Shown in pieces: positions 11,357-25,732 of a DNA stretch of 40,771 bases (position 1 is the stretch's first letter; every line of letters starts with the position of its first letter). The DNA is taken from NCBI RefSeq assembly GCF_001194135.2, contig NC_068986.1, positions 10,722,926-10,763,696 on the forward strand, written 5' to 3'. A program made the position numbers and the translations under genes. The notes beneath the pieces are model-generated. The model did no database searches and was not told the origin of the DNA. It worked only from the letters and a program-made list of their open reading frames with translations. Source of the DNA: Octopus bimaculoides (taxonomy: Eukaryota).

Positions 11357-14300
11357 AAGCAGCATTTACCTTCATAAAACTTTTGCTAAGTTTCATTTCA
11401 CACTCCATCATATCAAATAAAATAGGCAAAGTTGCCTTGCGTAATTCCTTGTCTGGTACAAGAGTCACTTCCAGGAATGGTCCAACCAAATATGGAATGA
11501 AATGGAACTTATAGTCTTCTGCAATTGAAAATTTAATCAAATTGGTTAATTATAACATGCAGAAATACAGTACAAACCCTCACCTGTTTCCAAGTAAGGG
11601 AATATTTTCCCCTTGGCTGGAAAATGTTTTTATAGAAAGCTCAAAATGAATGACACTGCTTGTATGACAGTGGCACTCATTTACAGCTATTACATCAAGT
11701 CAAGGAAACACACACACACTCTTACAAACACATACACATGATGGGCTTCTTTCAGTTTCCTTCTATCACATCCACTCACAAGACTTTAATTGGCTCAAGG
11801 TTATAGTAGAAGACACTTGCTCAAGGTGCCATGCACTGGGATTGAAACTGGAAGCATGTAGTTGGGAGCAAGCTTCTTACCACACAGCCATGCCCGCACT
11901 ATATATGGCAGAATCTGAAGAACAGCAACAATGAGAAGAACCTTCAATTCTCCAACTCATATCAAATTGGTCAGTTATCACTATACAACTCACAACATTG
12001 TCTTTTAAATATATTAAAAAAAATTATTTAAAAATTTGATTTAAAAAATTCTGAATGTCCTAAAACTTACCAAGGTCCTGCCAGAGTGTTTGAACTTGAA
12101 ATCCAAGTAAAACTCGCATATCTTGGTACCTTAAAAAAAAACAAACAAACAAAAACAGTAAAGTGAAGAATGGTAAGAAATTTCAAATCTTTAATTTGCT
12201 TTATGTGATTCAGATGAGTTTGATAAACTAATCATCATCACCATCACTTAACGTCCGTTTTCCATGCTGGCATGGGTTGGACAGTTTGACTGGAGATAGC
12301 AAGGCCAAGGAGAGCGCCACACCAAGTCCCATTGTCAGTTTTAGCTTGGTTTCTATGGCTGGATGCCCTTCCTAATGCCAACCACTTTACAGAGTGTGCT
12401 GGGTGGTTTTTTATGTGGAACCCTCACCAGTGCGTTTTATATTGCACCAGCACTGGTGCTATTTATGTGGTACTAGTACCAACAGGGTTATCAAGTACCT
12501 TGCAAAAGAAAACAGCCTCAACTTGGAGTGAGGAGGAGTAGAACTGATGGGAGTGTGGATTTGTGCCACTCAAGAGATTTAAGGTACAGAGGGAACAGAT
12601 ATGGGTGTCTTGCTAAGGACAGACTAACTATAAGTTGAATTATGATGGAAGCTGCAGGCTGGAATTCATATGTGATGGTTGTAAAAGAGAATACTTAGGG
12701 GTATATCAAGCATGAAGGACCAAGTGGATAAACTTCTGGAAACCAAGTCGAGACATTGGTGGATTTAATTTCATCAATCATCATCATCCACTTCTCCATG
12801 ATTGGAATTCATTGAGGCAAATTTTCTATGCTTTTCTTGTCTCCTGCGCCTGTTTCCAAGTAAAGTAATATTTTCCTGAGGCTTGACACATTTCTAGTGA
12901 AGACTGGAAATGAGGGGCTCAGCTTGTATGATGGGGACAATTATTTACAACTATCCTATGATGTTGAGACACACACACACAGCATCATCATCACCCTCAT
13001 CATCATCGTTTTAATGTCTACTCTGCCATGTTTGTACAGGTCAAATGGAATTTGATGAAGCAGCTTTTCTATGGCTGGCATCCAGCCATAGAAAAATTCC
13101 TTCTATTCTGAATTCTTAAACCAGGAGAGGGTTAGCTTGAAAACCCTCTCCTGTTTTCAAGCTAAGTGGAGGAGGAAGGAAGAGAAGAGAAGAAAGGAAA
13201 AGAAGAAACTGTTGGTGGTGACAAAGAAGACCCTTTCCTCACCTTTCCTTTATCTTCTGACTTTTGGCTATTGAAAAATTCTCTAGTTGAAGACTTGGTT
13301 GAATTATAAAGCTAACAGCCAGGTGGAAGTAATTGTTCCAGAGCTGAAAATAGAAACAGAAATACATTGGAAATAAAAAAAAATTCCATCCATCCCCAAT
13401 TCGGTTATTTTGAGTTCGTCTGTTGTGACAAAGGAATGGCAGAAAGATTGGGTTATCAAGCTCTCTGCTCACCAAAATCAGGAACTCCTACTGCTAGCAC
13501 CTCCCTGTGCCATTGGGTAGACAAGGCACTGATTCTACAAGTACATGAAGGATCTAGTACAGTGGTTCCCAACCCTTTTATTTCAATGAGTCTTCCCACA
13601 GACCCTTTTTGATATGCTTATCCTTATGTATATTTATATATATGAAATTCTGAATTTAGTTCACGGACCCCCAGTACTACTTTTGCAGACCACCAGGTAT
13701 CCATGGATCCCAGGTTGGGAACCACTGATCTACTAGAAAGATCACCTCTCAAAGATATTGAGATCAAATTTAAAGAAAGCATTTTTGGATTCAGCCCCAA
13801 GTCAGTCTAATCAAGTAGATTGCTACTCAAAGACATTCCAACTGTGACCATCCTGTCTTTCTCAGACACAATTTATCTTAGATTGCATTATCCAATATAT
13901 CCTTCCTTCAAAAAAAAAAAAAAAAAAAAACTCACAATAGAATACAGTTTGAGAAATATTTGACTGCTATTTCTAGCAGGTTGCTCCATAATATTGTAGC
14001 ATAGGATTGCATAATTCAGCTCATAGCACTGTTTGACAGAAAACTGGAGTTTTAACAGAAGCTGAAAAAAAGCAACAGAAAATGTTTCACTAAACTTACT
14101 TGGTATTCAAAGTTGCTGTCCAGTAAGAAGTTGTCAGACAGAGCACGAGCAAAATAGTGAATTGAAGTCAATATGACACTGAAACGATAACAGAAAACAT
14201 TAGATAAGTAATGACATTTACATTATTTACATTTGACGGATATTTGTCCTCATCTTGTTTGTTGTTAACACAACATTTTGGCTGATATACCCTCCAGCCT

Positions 14301-17300
14301 TCCCCAGGTGTCTTGGGGAAATTTCAAACCTGGGTTCTCATTCCTAAGGTATTTTTCAATGTTGCTATTATTATTATTATTATTATTATTCAGGTCACTG
14401 CCTGGAATCAAACTCAGAATCTTGGGGTTAGTAGCCCGCGCTCTTAACCAATACGCCATATACCCACAGGCATATGATGTAGTCGTTAAGAGTGTGGGAT
14501 ACTAACCCCAAGATTCCGAGTTCGATTCCAGGCAGCGACCTGAATAATAATGATGATAATAATAATATTAACAACAACAATAACGACACCAAAAAATACC
14601 TTAGGAATGAGAACCCAGGTTCAAAACTTCCCCAAGACACCTGATGAAGGCTAAAGGGTATATCAGCTGAAACGTTGTATTAGCAACAAACATGATGAGG
14701 ACAAATATCCGTCAAATGTAAATAATGTAAATAATGAACATAATTCCTCATCTCTTAAGTATAGAACTGTATTGCTAATTGGTCACACAGCTATCCTCAT
14801 CCATCCATGCCACATGACCATACCAGCGCAATCATCTCTCTTGCACACTACAACTGATACTTCTTAGGTCTAACTTTTCTCTCAAGGTACTTACACTCTA
14901 TCGAGTATGCACACTGACATTACACATCCATCAGAGCATACTGGCTTCGTTTCTTGCAAATAATAATAACAATAATCTGTCATATCTATATGACAGACAG
15001 TACACTCAAAATGTCTATAACAAAGGCTTGAACAGATCAAGTTTTTAGTACAACAAGGACCATACAATTCACTGATAACAAAAATCAGATTCTTCTAATA
15101 TCACAATAATAATAATGAGAAATTCAAAACAAAATTCTTACTTGTTCATAACCATTCGCATGACAGACCAATCACAGGGGAAAGTGTCAAAATTGATTAA
15201 ATTATGAAATGTAACTAAGACCATGTTTAGAAATTCCTGAAAAACAAAAAAAGTAAAAATGTAATTCCTATAAAACAAAGAAATAATTGTGATTTACAAC
15301 TTTTATATATATAACCCTTTAGCATTCAGGTAACTTTGCCAAATGTAATGCTTATTTATTCATATTGCTCTGAATTAATCATGCATTATCTCATGGCTTT
15401 GAGATTTCGATGATGTGATTGTATATTTTTAGAAGGACATGTGACAGGTCAGATCTGGCCAGTTTGAACACAGAACAGGTAGAATAATCTTATTCTCTCT
15501 CTTTGTATTTCCTTGTGTTCCTTTCTGTTGAAGAGCGTAGGCTCGAAACGTAAAAGACTTTCTCACCTTCCTGAGCATCAAACTAATACACACCTGTCTT
15601 CATTTTTTGTTTTTCTGTAAATTTCAACTAGAATATTCTGGTTAGATAATGGCCAGTTTCAATGCTAAAGAGTTAATCAAAGTTCAGGGTTCACTTGGGT
15701 ACCACATTGAGTACTTGATAAATAAACACCTTGAAGAACATGCAAAAATAAGCTGGAAACTTGACTCTTTTGAAAAAAAAAATCTCCTCAAGCCCACCCT
15801 TAGTTCTATGAGATAAATTTCCTGTTTTAAAGGGATCTAAATTAAAACCTTCCATCAAAATTCCATGTTAATTTATATTCCAAATACCTGATTATTAATG
15901 ACAAAGCAATTTTACTAAATTCTTCATTACTTTCAAAAATTAATTGAATCAAAGGTGATGTGCATTTGGTCAGAAATATGGTAATAAAAGGGTTAATCAG
16001 TTGAAAGACATATTCCTTAGTGGAAAGTCTAACCCTTTTGGTTCCAACCCACCTGAGACTGCCTCATCGTGTATGTGTGTATACACACACACACACACAC
16101 AGACACACAAAATGGGCTTCTTTCAGTTTCCATTTACCAAAATTACTCACACAGCTCTGGTTAGCCCAAGGCTATAATAGAAGACACTTGCCCAAGTTGC
16201 TACACAGTGGAACTGAACCTGCAACTATGTGGTTGGGAAGCAAACTTCTTACCACACAGCCACACCTGTGCCTACACATATTGTAACAGAAAGTGTACGA
16301 AAACGTGTGTAATTATAATTTCTATATAATATATACAATAAGGATTTGAAAAATATAAGAGATACTGACCCTTAGAGGAATCCCTTGAGCATAAGCTTGA
16401 AATAAGGCAGTATAGTGATCATCATCCATGATTCTCAACATTTCAACAAAACAGCTAACAACAGCACCCTAACAAAAAAAAAAAACAAAAGACAAAAGCT
16501 TAAATGAAATGAAAAATCTGCAAGAAGCAAAGAAAACAAAGGGTAGCTGTGTAAATCCAAAATAAAATCTCCTTTGAAACTGTAGTCAGTGGTTTGGAAG
16601 TCACACTTTGGATGTGGTCCAAGCAGTATGGTGTGTCACATGGATAATTACAAGAGAGTAAAAGTGCAGAACATGGTGTTGTGTACAACAATAATACCTG
16701 GCAGCAAATAACCAGACAGGTAATCAATATCTGATGATTTTGTTCAAAAACTGACATGAGTATGTAGCTGATTTGAAACCGGATCACTGGATAGCCAAGT
16801 AAACATCACGGCTAAGCCACTGTTGTTTCACATGATAGGCCAATTAAACCAACCAACCAGTGTCAAGCCAAATCCACATGATTCAACTTTTTAGAACTTT
16901 CTCATTGTGAAAGTAGGATTTGTGGGGGAAACTCAGGAATGTTGAGACAGTCATTTGATGCGTCTCCATTCTCATGGCTGTTTAGAAGACACAGATTTTG
17001 CCATCAATGAATAGGCCAGATACAGATTGCTATATACCAGTTAAATTGTCATAGATCCTGGCAGTATGGCTCTCCCCCACCCCACCATGTGAGTCAATGT
17101 CCTTGTTTTTCATTCAAAGACCAACACAGAAATCATTGTGTGCGGTAAATAAAGCTTCAGTTAATTGTTCCCAAGTGTTGTTAATTATTTTTACATGCAG
17201 TCCTAGAAAGACGTTTTCCACCAACATCAAGTACCAAACAACACCTCTTGACAAGCACTTCAATGCTATGTCTGCCAGTTTTGTTGGATAACAGGCATTT

Positions 17301-18267
17301 AGTATACTTCTGCTATCACCTCCCAATTATATGGATGGGGCGTTGATATGTGTGAAAAATATTTTCCTAGAATTACATTTCCAAAGTCAAGATGTGTCTT
17401 CCATGACACAAAATATGGTATTTACGTCTAGTTTTCTTACCAAAGTTCATAGATTTCAGACGAATCAGGGTATATTAATTCAAAGAAATTTATTTAAAGA
17501 GACAACACACAATTAATCCATTTTACCCCTAAAATATTACAGGTAGTAATGCCAGAGAAATTGTGGTAATGTCAAAGAAATCAAAGAATCGTTGTTGTTT
17601 AACCCAAATCGAATGGACTTAAAGCATGCAAATTATGACCATTTTGTCTTTTTTCTTTTTAAAGGCAGTCTGACTACAAATGAATAAACCAATAGTTCCC
17701 AACTTGTGGCCCATGGACCCCTGGTAGTCTGAAAAGGTAGTACTGGAGGTCAGTGGGAAAACTTATCAAAATAAAATGGATTCTCAGTAGTAAAAAAGTT
17801 GGGAACAGCTGGAATAAAGCTTTCAAATGAAACTTTATCCAAAACAACCAGCTGTGGTTCATCAAATATGTGCTTAGTGTTGACGTTATGAACTTCAAAA
17901 GCTGAGTAGATTAAGAAGGAAGACCACCACTTCACATTTACAAAAGAAGAGATTGTTATAATAATACTCACGGAAATATCATAAACATCAATAGCTCTTA
18001 ACACTACTTGAAAAATTGCAGTTATAACAATACGGATCTCTTCAGACACAGAGTCAGGATCTTTCTGAAATGGAATAAACCAAGAAGACAATTAAAACAA
18101 TTAAAAACAAGAATTAAATTAAGAAATTAATTGAAATTACTGAAGTCATAAAAAAAGAAGTCTGACAGAAAAAGGGTCAAACAAATGAAAAATGTTTAGA
18201 GGGAATAACATTGAAGGAGATTTTTTAGAGAAGGAGAGGACTGAAAACTAGAACGGTTCCAATCAAG

Positions 18268-18312
<45 letters not shown>

Positions 18313-19852
18313 TATATTTTAATAAGAAAGCTGCTTATTAGTTGTATGGAATTTCTAATAAAAGAATGCAATTATTAAAATCAACACTGTCTAGAAAATT
18401 CTTATAATTCCAATTAATTTTTTTATCAAAACATAATTTTCAAAATTCTTTTATTATTGAAGATTTCAAGAATATGTTAATTAGGAAACAAATTTTATTC
18501 GTTGTGACAAAGGCTTATCTTTTAATGTCTTACACTTGCATCTCTTTTCTTCTACTGTTTCCTTGTAAGCAGTCTCTCTTGCCCTTTCTCTCTTTCCATA
18601 CCTTTGTATACTGCCTCTACTTCTATTAATCTTTCTTTATTACATTTTCTTCTCTACTCTTTTCTGCATCTTAGAGACAATACGAGAAGGATTTAAAAGA
18701 ATAACCGTACAGCATCTCTGTTGCGATGGTTAACAAGGGGAGCATTCAGATCTTAAGTAAAGGAGTCCATTTGGAAAATATACTGTAGTCTTTGCCCAAC
18801 GCTTGTACAAGCAGCAAGAAGCCAGCAGCTTGCTCTAGGAAGGATAGGAGTATGAAGAGGGCATGTCCCAGGACCCAGAGGCAGTTCCAGGAAGGAATAA
18901 CTGTTAATGATTGGGAATTGGATAATAACAACAACAACTAAATTAAACTCAAGCAAAATAAACACCAAATACAGGTTCTAATGAAAATCTCAAGCTGACA
19001 TCCAGATTCATCTAAATTTTATAATTTTAACATTATAGGCATGAGAAAATGGATTTCAGAAACAACTCTTTTTTTAAAATCCTTTTGTTAGCATATTTCT
19101 GCATTTGTTTCAATTGATTTTCAAAATAATAAAGAATTTAGTAAAATAACTGCCATTATTAATCCTCTCAGACCTGGGCCCCTATGTCTAACTTTTCCCT
19201 CCAGTTGGGCCCCTGAACAAAATAAAATAAATAATTGCAGACACAGCTCAAGAGTAACCATTGCAGGAAAACTTAAATGGACAGAATCACAAAACAATTC
19301 AGGAGAATAACAATGATAGGCCTATCCTCTCAACTACTTTATTTCTTTAAGCAGATCACTACTCTCCTCATCTCATCCACCAATTTGATTGCCTGCATCA
19401 CTGCTGGTGTAAGAGTAAACTCATTGTCCAATGAACAAATATCATTAATAATTTCCTCAATTGCAAAAGAGTCAAGGCCTTCTTCATTTGCAAGATGAAG
19501 TGCTCGCTTCACAAACTTGTTTCATTGCAAAATCCATTTTCACTGTGATTGAAATCAAAAGTTAGCAACACCTATTGTGGACATTATTTACATTTGACGG
19601 ATATTTATCTTCATTTTGTTTGTTGTTAACACAACATTTCGGCTGATACACCCTCCAGCCTTCATTAGGTGTCTTGGGGAAACTTCCAAACTGGGTTCTC
19701 ATTCCTAAGGTATTTTTCGATGTTGCTGTTATTATTATTATTATTATTCAGGTCACTGCCCGGAATCAAACTTGGAATCTTGGGGTTAGTAGCCTACGCT
19801 CTTAACCACTATGCCATATGCCCAAGATTCCAAGTTCGATTCCAAGCAGTGA

Positions 19853-19883
<31 letters not shown>

Positions 19884-20205
19884 GATAATAATAATAATAA
19901 TAACAATAACAACATCAAAAAATACCTTAGGAATGAGAATCCAGTTTCGAAATTTCCCCAAGACACTTGATGAAGGCTGGAGGGTATATCAGCAGAAATG
20001 TTGTTAACAACAAACAAGATGAGGACAAATATCAGAAGTTTTATACGGGTGTAGCTGTGTGGTTAAGAAGTGAACTTTATAACCACATAGCTACAGGTTC
20101 AGTCCTACTACACAGCAGCTTGGACAAGCGACCTCTATTATAGCCTCAGACTGACCAAAGCCTCCTGAGTGGATTTGGTAGATGGAAATTGTATGGAAGC
20201 TCATC

Positions 20206-20294
<89 letters not shown>

Positions 20295-21290
20295 CATGCA
20301 TTTTTGTGTTTGCCCAGCCAACACCTCTTGACAACAGTGTTTGTTTACATCCCAATAAATATAAGTGGTTTGACAAAAATATAAAATATGTACAAGACTT
20401 AAAAAAAGGTACTGGGGATGACATTTGTTTGACAAGGCAGTGCTCCAGCATGGTCACAGGGCAGTGACTGGAACAAACAAAAGAGTAAAAATTGATCAAG
20501 CAATGTCCTCCATGCAGAGTTTTCTTTTTTCATTTCAAGAGATGAGCATTGAGGTTTTGTCTCTAAATGTGTTACACAACATGGAACAAATAAACAACAA
20601 CAAAAAAAAGGATATAAAAATAAAGGATACTTACTAATTTTAGTGAATGGAGGAAGCAAAGGATATCACCTAAAATGGTTGTAGCCAGGGAATATAATTG
20701 CTTCGCAATGAAACAGCGTTTGATTTGAGACATACAGAGAGGCAGCAGCATCATTCGAGAATCTAAGGAGAATAATAATAATAATAATAATAATAATATT
20801 AATAATAATAATAGGAATGATAGCAAAAAGGGCTGATTGCTACCTAGCTCAGATAGCAGGAAACCCCAAAATGGCAGAAATTCAAAGAATAGTGCTCATG
20901 GGAACTGCCCATATCCTAAGTCAAATACTTTCTATGTAATCTCAAATTATAAAACAAACACATAATTTTCTTACGGTTTCTTAAACGTTCTCTAGAAGAA
21001 CACTATGTACAAAACCAATGATGATGATGATGGTACTTACCTCTATCAGTGACTAGTTCACTTTTGAGAGTTTCGTGAAGGAACTCTAATTTCTTGCTAA
21101 ACAGGGACTCTGAGAGCTCTTTCGGCATAAAATTGATGATATTGACAACATATATTGTCACATCTTTCTTACTCAGCAGTTTTAACAGGGAATTATAAGT
21201 GTTGGGGATGTTGCTCAGCAGTAAGATCTGAAACAGACAGGAAAAAACAAAAAGAAAAACAATTACTCTCTTGGAAATTCTTATAAGACA

Positions 21291-21322
<32 letters not shown>

Positions 21323-21367
21323 TGTGGCAGGTGTGTGTGTCTCTATCTCTCTCTCTCTCTCTCTCTC

Positions 21368-21414
<47 letters not shown>

Positions 21415-24400
21415 GCACACATACATATATACATACAAAGCGGGGTGCAAAAGTAGATATACAGTACATATCACATCAATGTTATAATACTTAATTCATT
21501 AAAATCATTAGCACATTAATTTACTTAGCCTCGTTTTTTTTTATATTTTCAATATCATTAATCATAATAAAATGTTTTGCAAACAACTTGCACATGCAAG
21601 TGCTGCCAGTCGAGAACTCCACTTACCGTAAGCCAGCAAGTGTATGGGGTCATCAGGAGAGAATGCGCACCTGTCTGGCCCTCATGCCAGTGGCACATAA
21701 AAGCACCCACTACACTCTTGGAGTGGTTGGCGTTAAGAAGGGCATCCAGCTGTATAAACTCTGCCAGATCAGATTGGAGCCTGGTGCAGCTATCTGGTTC
21801 GCCAGTCCTCAGTCAAATCATCCAACCCATGCTAGCATGGAAAGCGGACGTTAAACAATGATGATGATGAATAAAAGTATATATCTATATGTAAAGGTGT
21901 GTAGCTAAATGGCTTTATATAGTTAGAATATTAATATCAGAGTTCCTTTCGAGTGCTGGACCTCATGGAGGCAATGACCAAGACCTTTGGCATTATGTTG
22001 TGCTTGAAAAGAAGACCCATCAAGCCAACAAAAATCACAGTTGTGGCAGATGCTGGTGTCACACAAATGGCACTCATGCCAGTGGCATGTAAAAGCACCC
22101 ATTACACTCTAAGAGTGGTTGGCATTAGGAAGGGCATTCCAGCCATAGAAAACCATACCAAATCAGACTGAATCCTGGTGCAGCCTTCCAGTGTGCCAGC
22201 CCAGTCAAACTGTCCAACCCATGCCAGCATGGACAACGAATGTTAAATGATGAAGTATTACTATATGTGCACAATCAATGAATGAGAAATTTGATATAAA
22301 TAAAACGTTGATATTACCTGACAACTTGACAAGTTATCTTGATTTAACGATACAAGGTACCCCATTTTTTCGAAAACTAAATATATGAGTTGAGGGAAGT
22401 CATCAGATCTTTCAACAGTGTATGCTCTGAAATAAAAGAAAGGCATTTCGTTTTTAAACAATGCATACATTTACTGTCAACATGAAACAATATTCCATAC
22501 ACTAAGTCATACAGTAATAAATATCAAATGTTACCAACAATCAATGTACAAACATCTTGATACACAATATGTATGTATTATCCTCATCAGGTTATTTTAA
22601 CATACCGAACTACTTGGTAAAATTATTAATTAATTAATTTTACCCTTTATTATTATTGAAAATATATATATATATATACCCCTACCTCTACCCCACCCTC
22701 AGCCTAACCCACACTCGACCCATGCCTTCCCCACCTCCCAACACCCTCACATCACATCACACCAATACCCTTGCATCACATCACACCAATACCCTTGCAT
22801 CACACCACGCACACACTACAACTGACCAACTCCTTTCTCCCTTCCCCATTTTCACACTACATACGTCAAGATCACCAGCATTCTATCTCCCACACACACA
22901 GCCCCTCGTTCTTCGATCACCATTTGTTATCTCCCCCTTTTCTTAGCTCTCCTGAAAAAAGAATTTCTAACTTCCGGTCAGCCATTATTATGATTGACCG
23001 TTGACTGAACACTATTCAATTTTTTTTCTCCGTGTTTTTCTCCTTGTCTCCGTATTCTTTCTGTTGAAGAGCGTAGCTCGAAACGTCAAAGACTTTCCGT
23101 ATTCCCGAGCGTCATACTAATACATCCTTTTGTTATTTACACCACCTGTCCTCGTCTGTTGTTGTTTTTTCGTACATTCTCCCATATATATATATATATA
23201 TATATATATCTATCTATCAAGAGTGGTAACTCTCTTGGTATCTGGGAGAGAGAAGAACTAAAGAATTCAAAATGCATTCACCAGTAGAAAAGAGGGCACT
23301 CTGAGCTGACTATAGTGTCCAAACCCATTTTATCTCAAACAAGACTTTTCTCTCAACAGAAAACTGCAGGAAAAAATCTGTACGAGTTCAAATTTGTTGC
23401 AAACATATTTTGAATCGGTCTAACCTTTGCAGATTTTCCATCACTGCTTCATGCAACTACCCAACACTCCCACCCTATCCCAATAAATAAAGATACACAG
23501 ACACACAAATTTGGTAGAACCAATAGGAGAAATAGAACTCAATATTTGACTTTTTTTTTATTTTTCATTGAATAAGACAGACTCAAATAGACAGACATAG
23601 AGACAGACAGACAGACAAAGACAAACATACGATTTTAGGTCATGCATGTGAATTTCCTAATTTCCCATAATTAGAGATATCTGTTCAAATCAGTTATTTC
23701 AACAAATATATCTAATTGACTCCAATGTCTACTTTGACATAGTTTCTACAGCTGGATGCCCTTCCTAATGCCAACCACTCCGAGAGTGCTTTTTACGTGG
23801 CACCAGCACTAGTGAGGTCACTGAGTAACTCACATTACAAGAACCATTGGAAGAATGGGGTGGCAATATCGAAGAAGGTGGCTTTGTACCATGTGACGAG
23901 GGAGGCTGGAAAAAGTGTCTTGCTGTAGAGGAAGTACATGGTTACCCCAGCTGGAAAGGGGAAAAATGGTGGTGGTGATAATGTGTCAGGGTGTACCTTC
24001 AAGGTACAAAGTGAATATAAGGCATATGGAACAGAGGTTCAGACAGGGTGGCCAGCTGGGTAAATTCATGGGAATGTGAAAGGAGCATGACAAGTGGGTA
24101 GAGGTAGAGGTGAGTGTAAGGAATGGTGAACAATGGTAGAGACATGACCAATATCAGGGGATTGTGGTGGGGAGACAGTGGAACTATGAGGGGAGTCAGC
24201 TAGGTAATAAATAGATGGCAAATAAAATACATTTGCATATTTTTTGTTCCTAAATAATACTCTTTAATGTTAGAACAATAACAATCTGACATTAAATATA
24301 GATATTAATTAATTGATTACCTGTTGAATAACAGTTTGGACTGGACAATAAACTGGAACAAGTAATTAAACACCTAAAAAATAGAAATTGTTGAGAAATT

Positions 24401-25697
24401 TTAACAAAGATAATCTCTAGAATAAGAGAAGATTAGAAATTCTGAGACAAGAAATTGGCAGAATTGTTAAAGCATCAGTTAAAATGGTTTATGGTATTTG
24501 TTCCAATTCTTTGTATTCTGAGTTGAAATTCTACCAAAGTCATCTTTGACTTCACCCTCCCAAAGTCAATATAATCAAGTCCACCCCAATGTGGTTGAAT
24601 ACTGAAGTAGTTAAAGCATCAGATGAAATTTTTTGTAGCATTTGTTCTGGATATTTCGATTCTCAGTGTCAAAGCGTTTGTACTGAACTTGCTGGTATGG
24701 GTTGGACATTTTGACTGGAGCTGGCAAGCCACAGAGCTGCACCAGGCTCCAGTTGTCTGTTTTGGCATGGCTTCTACAGCTGGATGCCCATCCTAATGCC
24801 AACCATTTTACATTGTGTACTGAGGGCTTTTTATGTAACACCAGCAGGGTTGTCAAGTATCAGCTACGACTATATATGACAGGCTTCAACACAGTTTCCA
24901 TCTGTCAAATCCACTCATCCACTCACAAGGCTTTGGTCAGCCCAAGGCTACGATAGAAGATACCTGCCCCAGGTGCCATGCAGTGAGATTGAACCTAAAA
25001 ACACATGGCTGGGAAGCAAGCTTCTCAACCATACAGCTACACAAGGGTTTACATATGACATAAGTATAAACCCTACAGAAGAAATAAGAGGAGGGAATCC
25101 AGAAAGTAACATTAAATAGAAAGAGTAAAGAAAAAGACAAAAAAAAAAGCTCAAAAAGAATCACCTTTAACATCTCTTTTAATATTCTGTCTTGACTCCC
25201 ATTGATGATTTTATCAAGATTCCCTTTCAAACAGAGCAGAAGATGTCTGAAATAGAAACAACAGATGTATTATCATTATCATTATTTATCATTATTATTA
25301 TTATTATCATTATTATTAAGGTGGTGAGCTGGCAGAATCGTTAGCATGCTGGACAAAATGCTTGGCGATCCTTCGGTACAAGTTCTCTAAATGCCAAACA
25401 GTTTGACAATCGTTTGACAATCGTTTGACAATCGTTCAGACGTTAGTCAGTGACAGCTTTGATCTGTTAGGTAGCAGACAGCAGGGAAACCCATCCCCTA
25501 AGAACACATGCCAGTTATCTCTCTTTCCCCCTACTCTCTCGCTTTCTCTCTCTTTGTCTATCTCTTTCACACTCTCTCTCTATCCATCTCTTTCACACTC
25601 TCTCTCTATCCATCTCTTTCACACTCTCTTAAAAACACATGTCACTTATCACTCGCTTTCTCTCTCTATCTCTAACCCTAAGTGACATGTGTTTTTA

Positions 25698-25732
<35 letters not shown>

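Noticed and set aside
14469-14545. Possible tRNA gene (ACT anticodon loop)
   Set aside because: No proper acceptor stem, and it is embedded in a multi-copy element; treated as a SINE head.
16500-16787. 95-aa hydrophobic minus-strand ORF close to DOCK exons
   Set aside because: No DOCK motif; the flanking exons already join in phase without it; no recognisable family.
17114-17326. 70-aa protein-like minus-strand ORF
   Set aside because: No recognisable homology and not needed for the exon chain.
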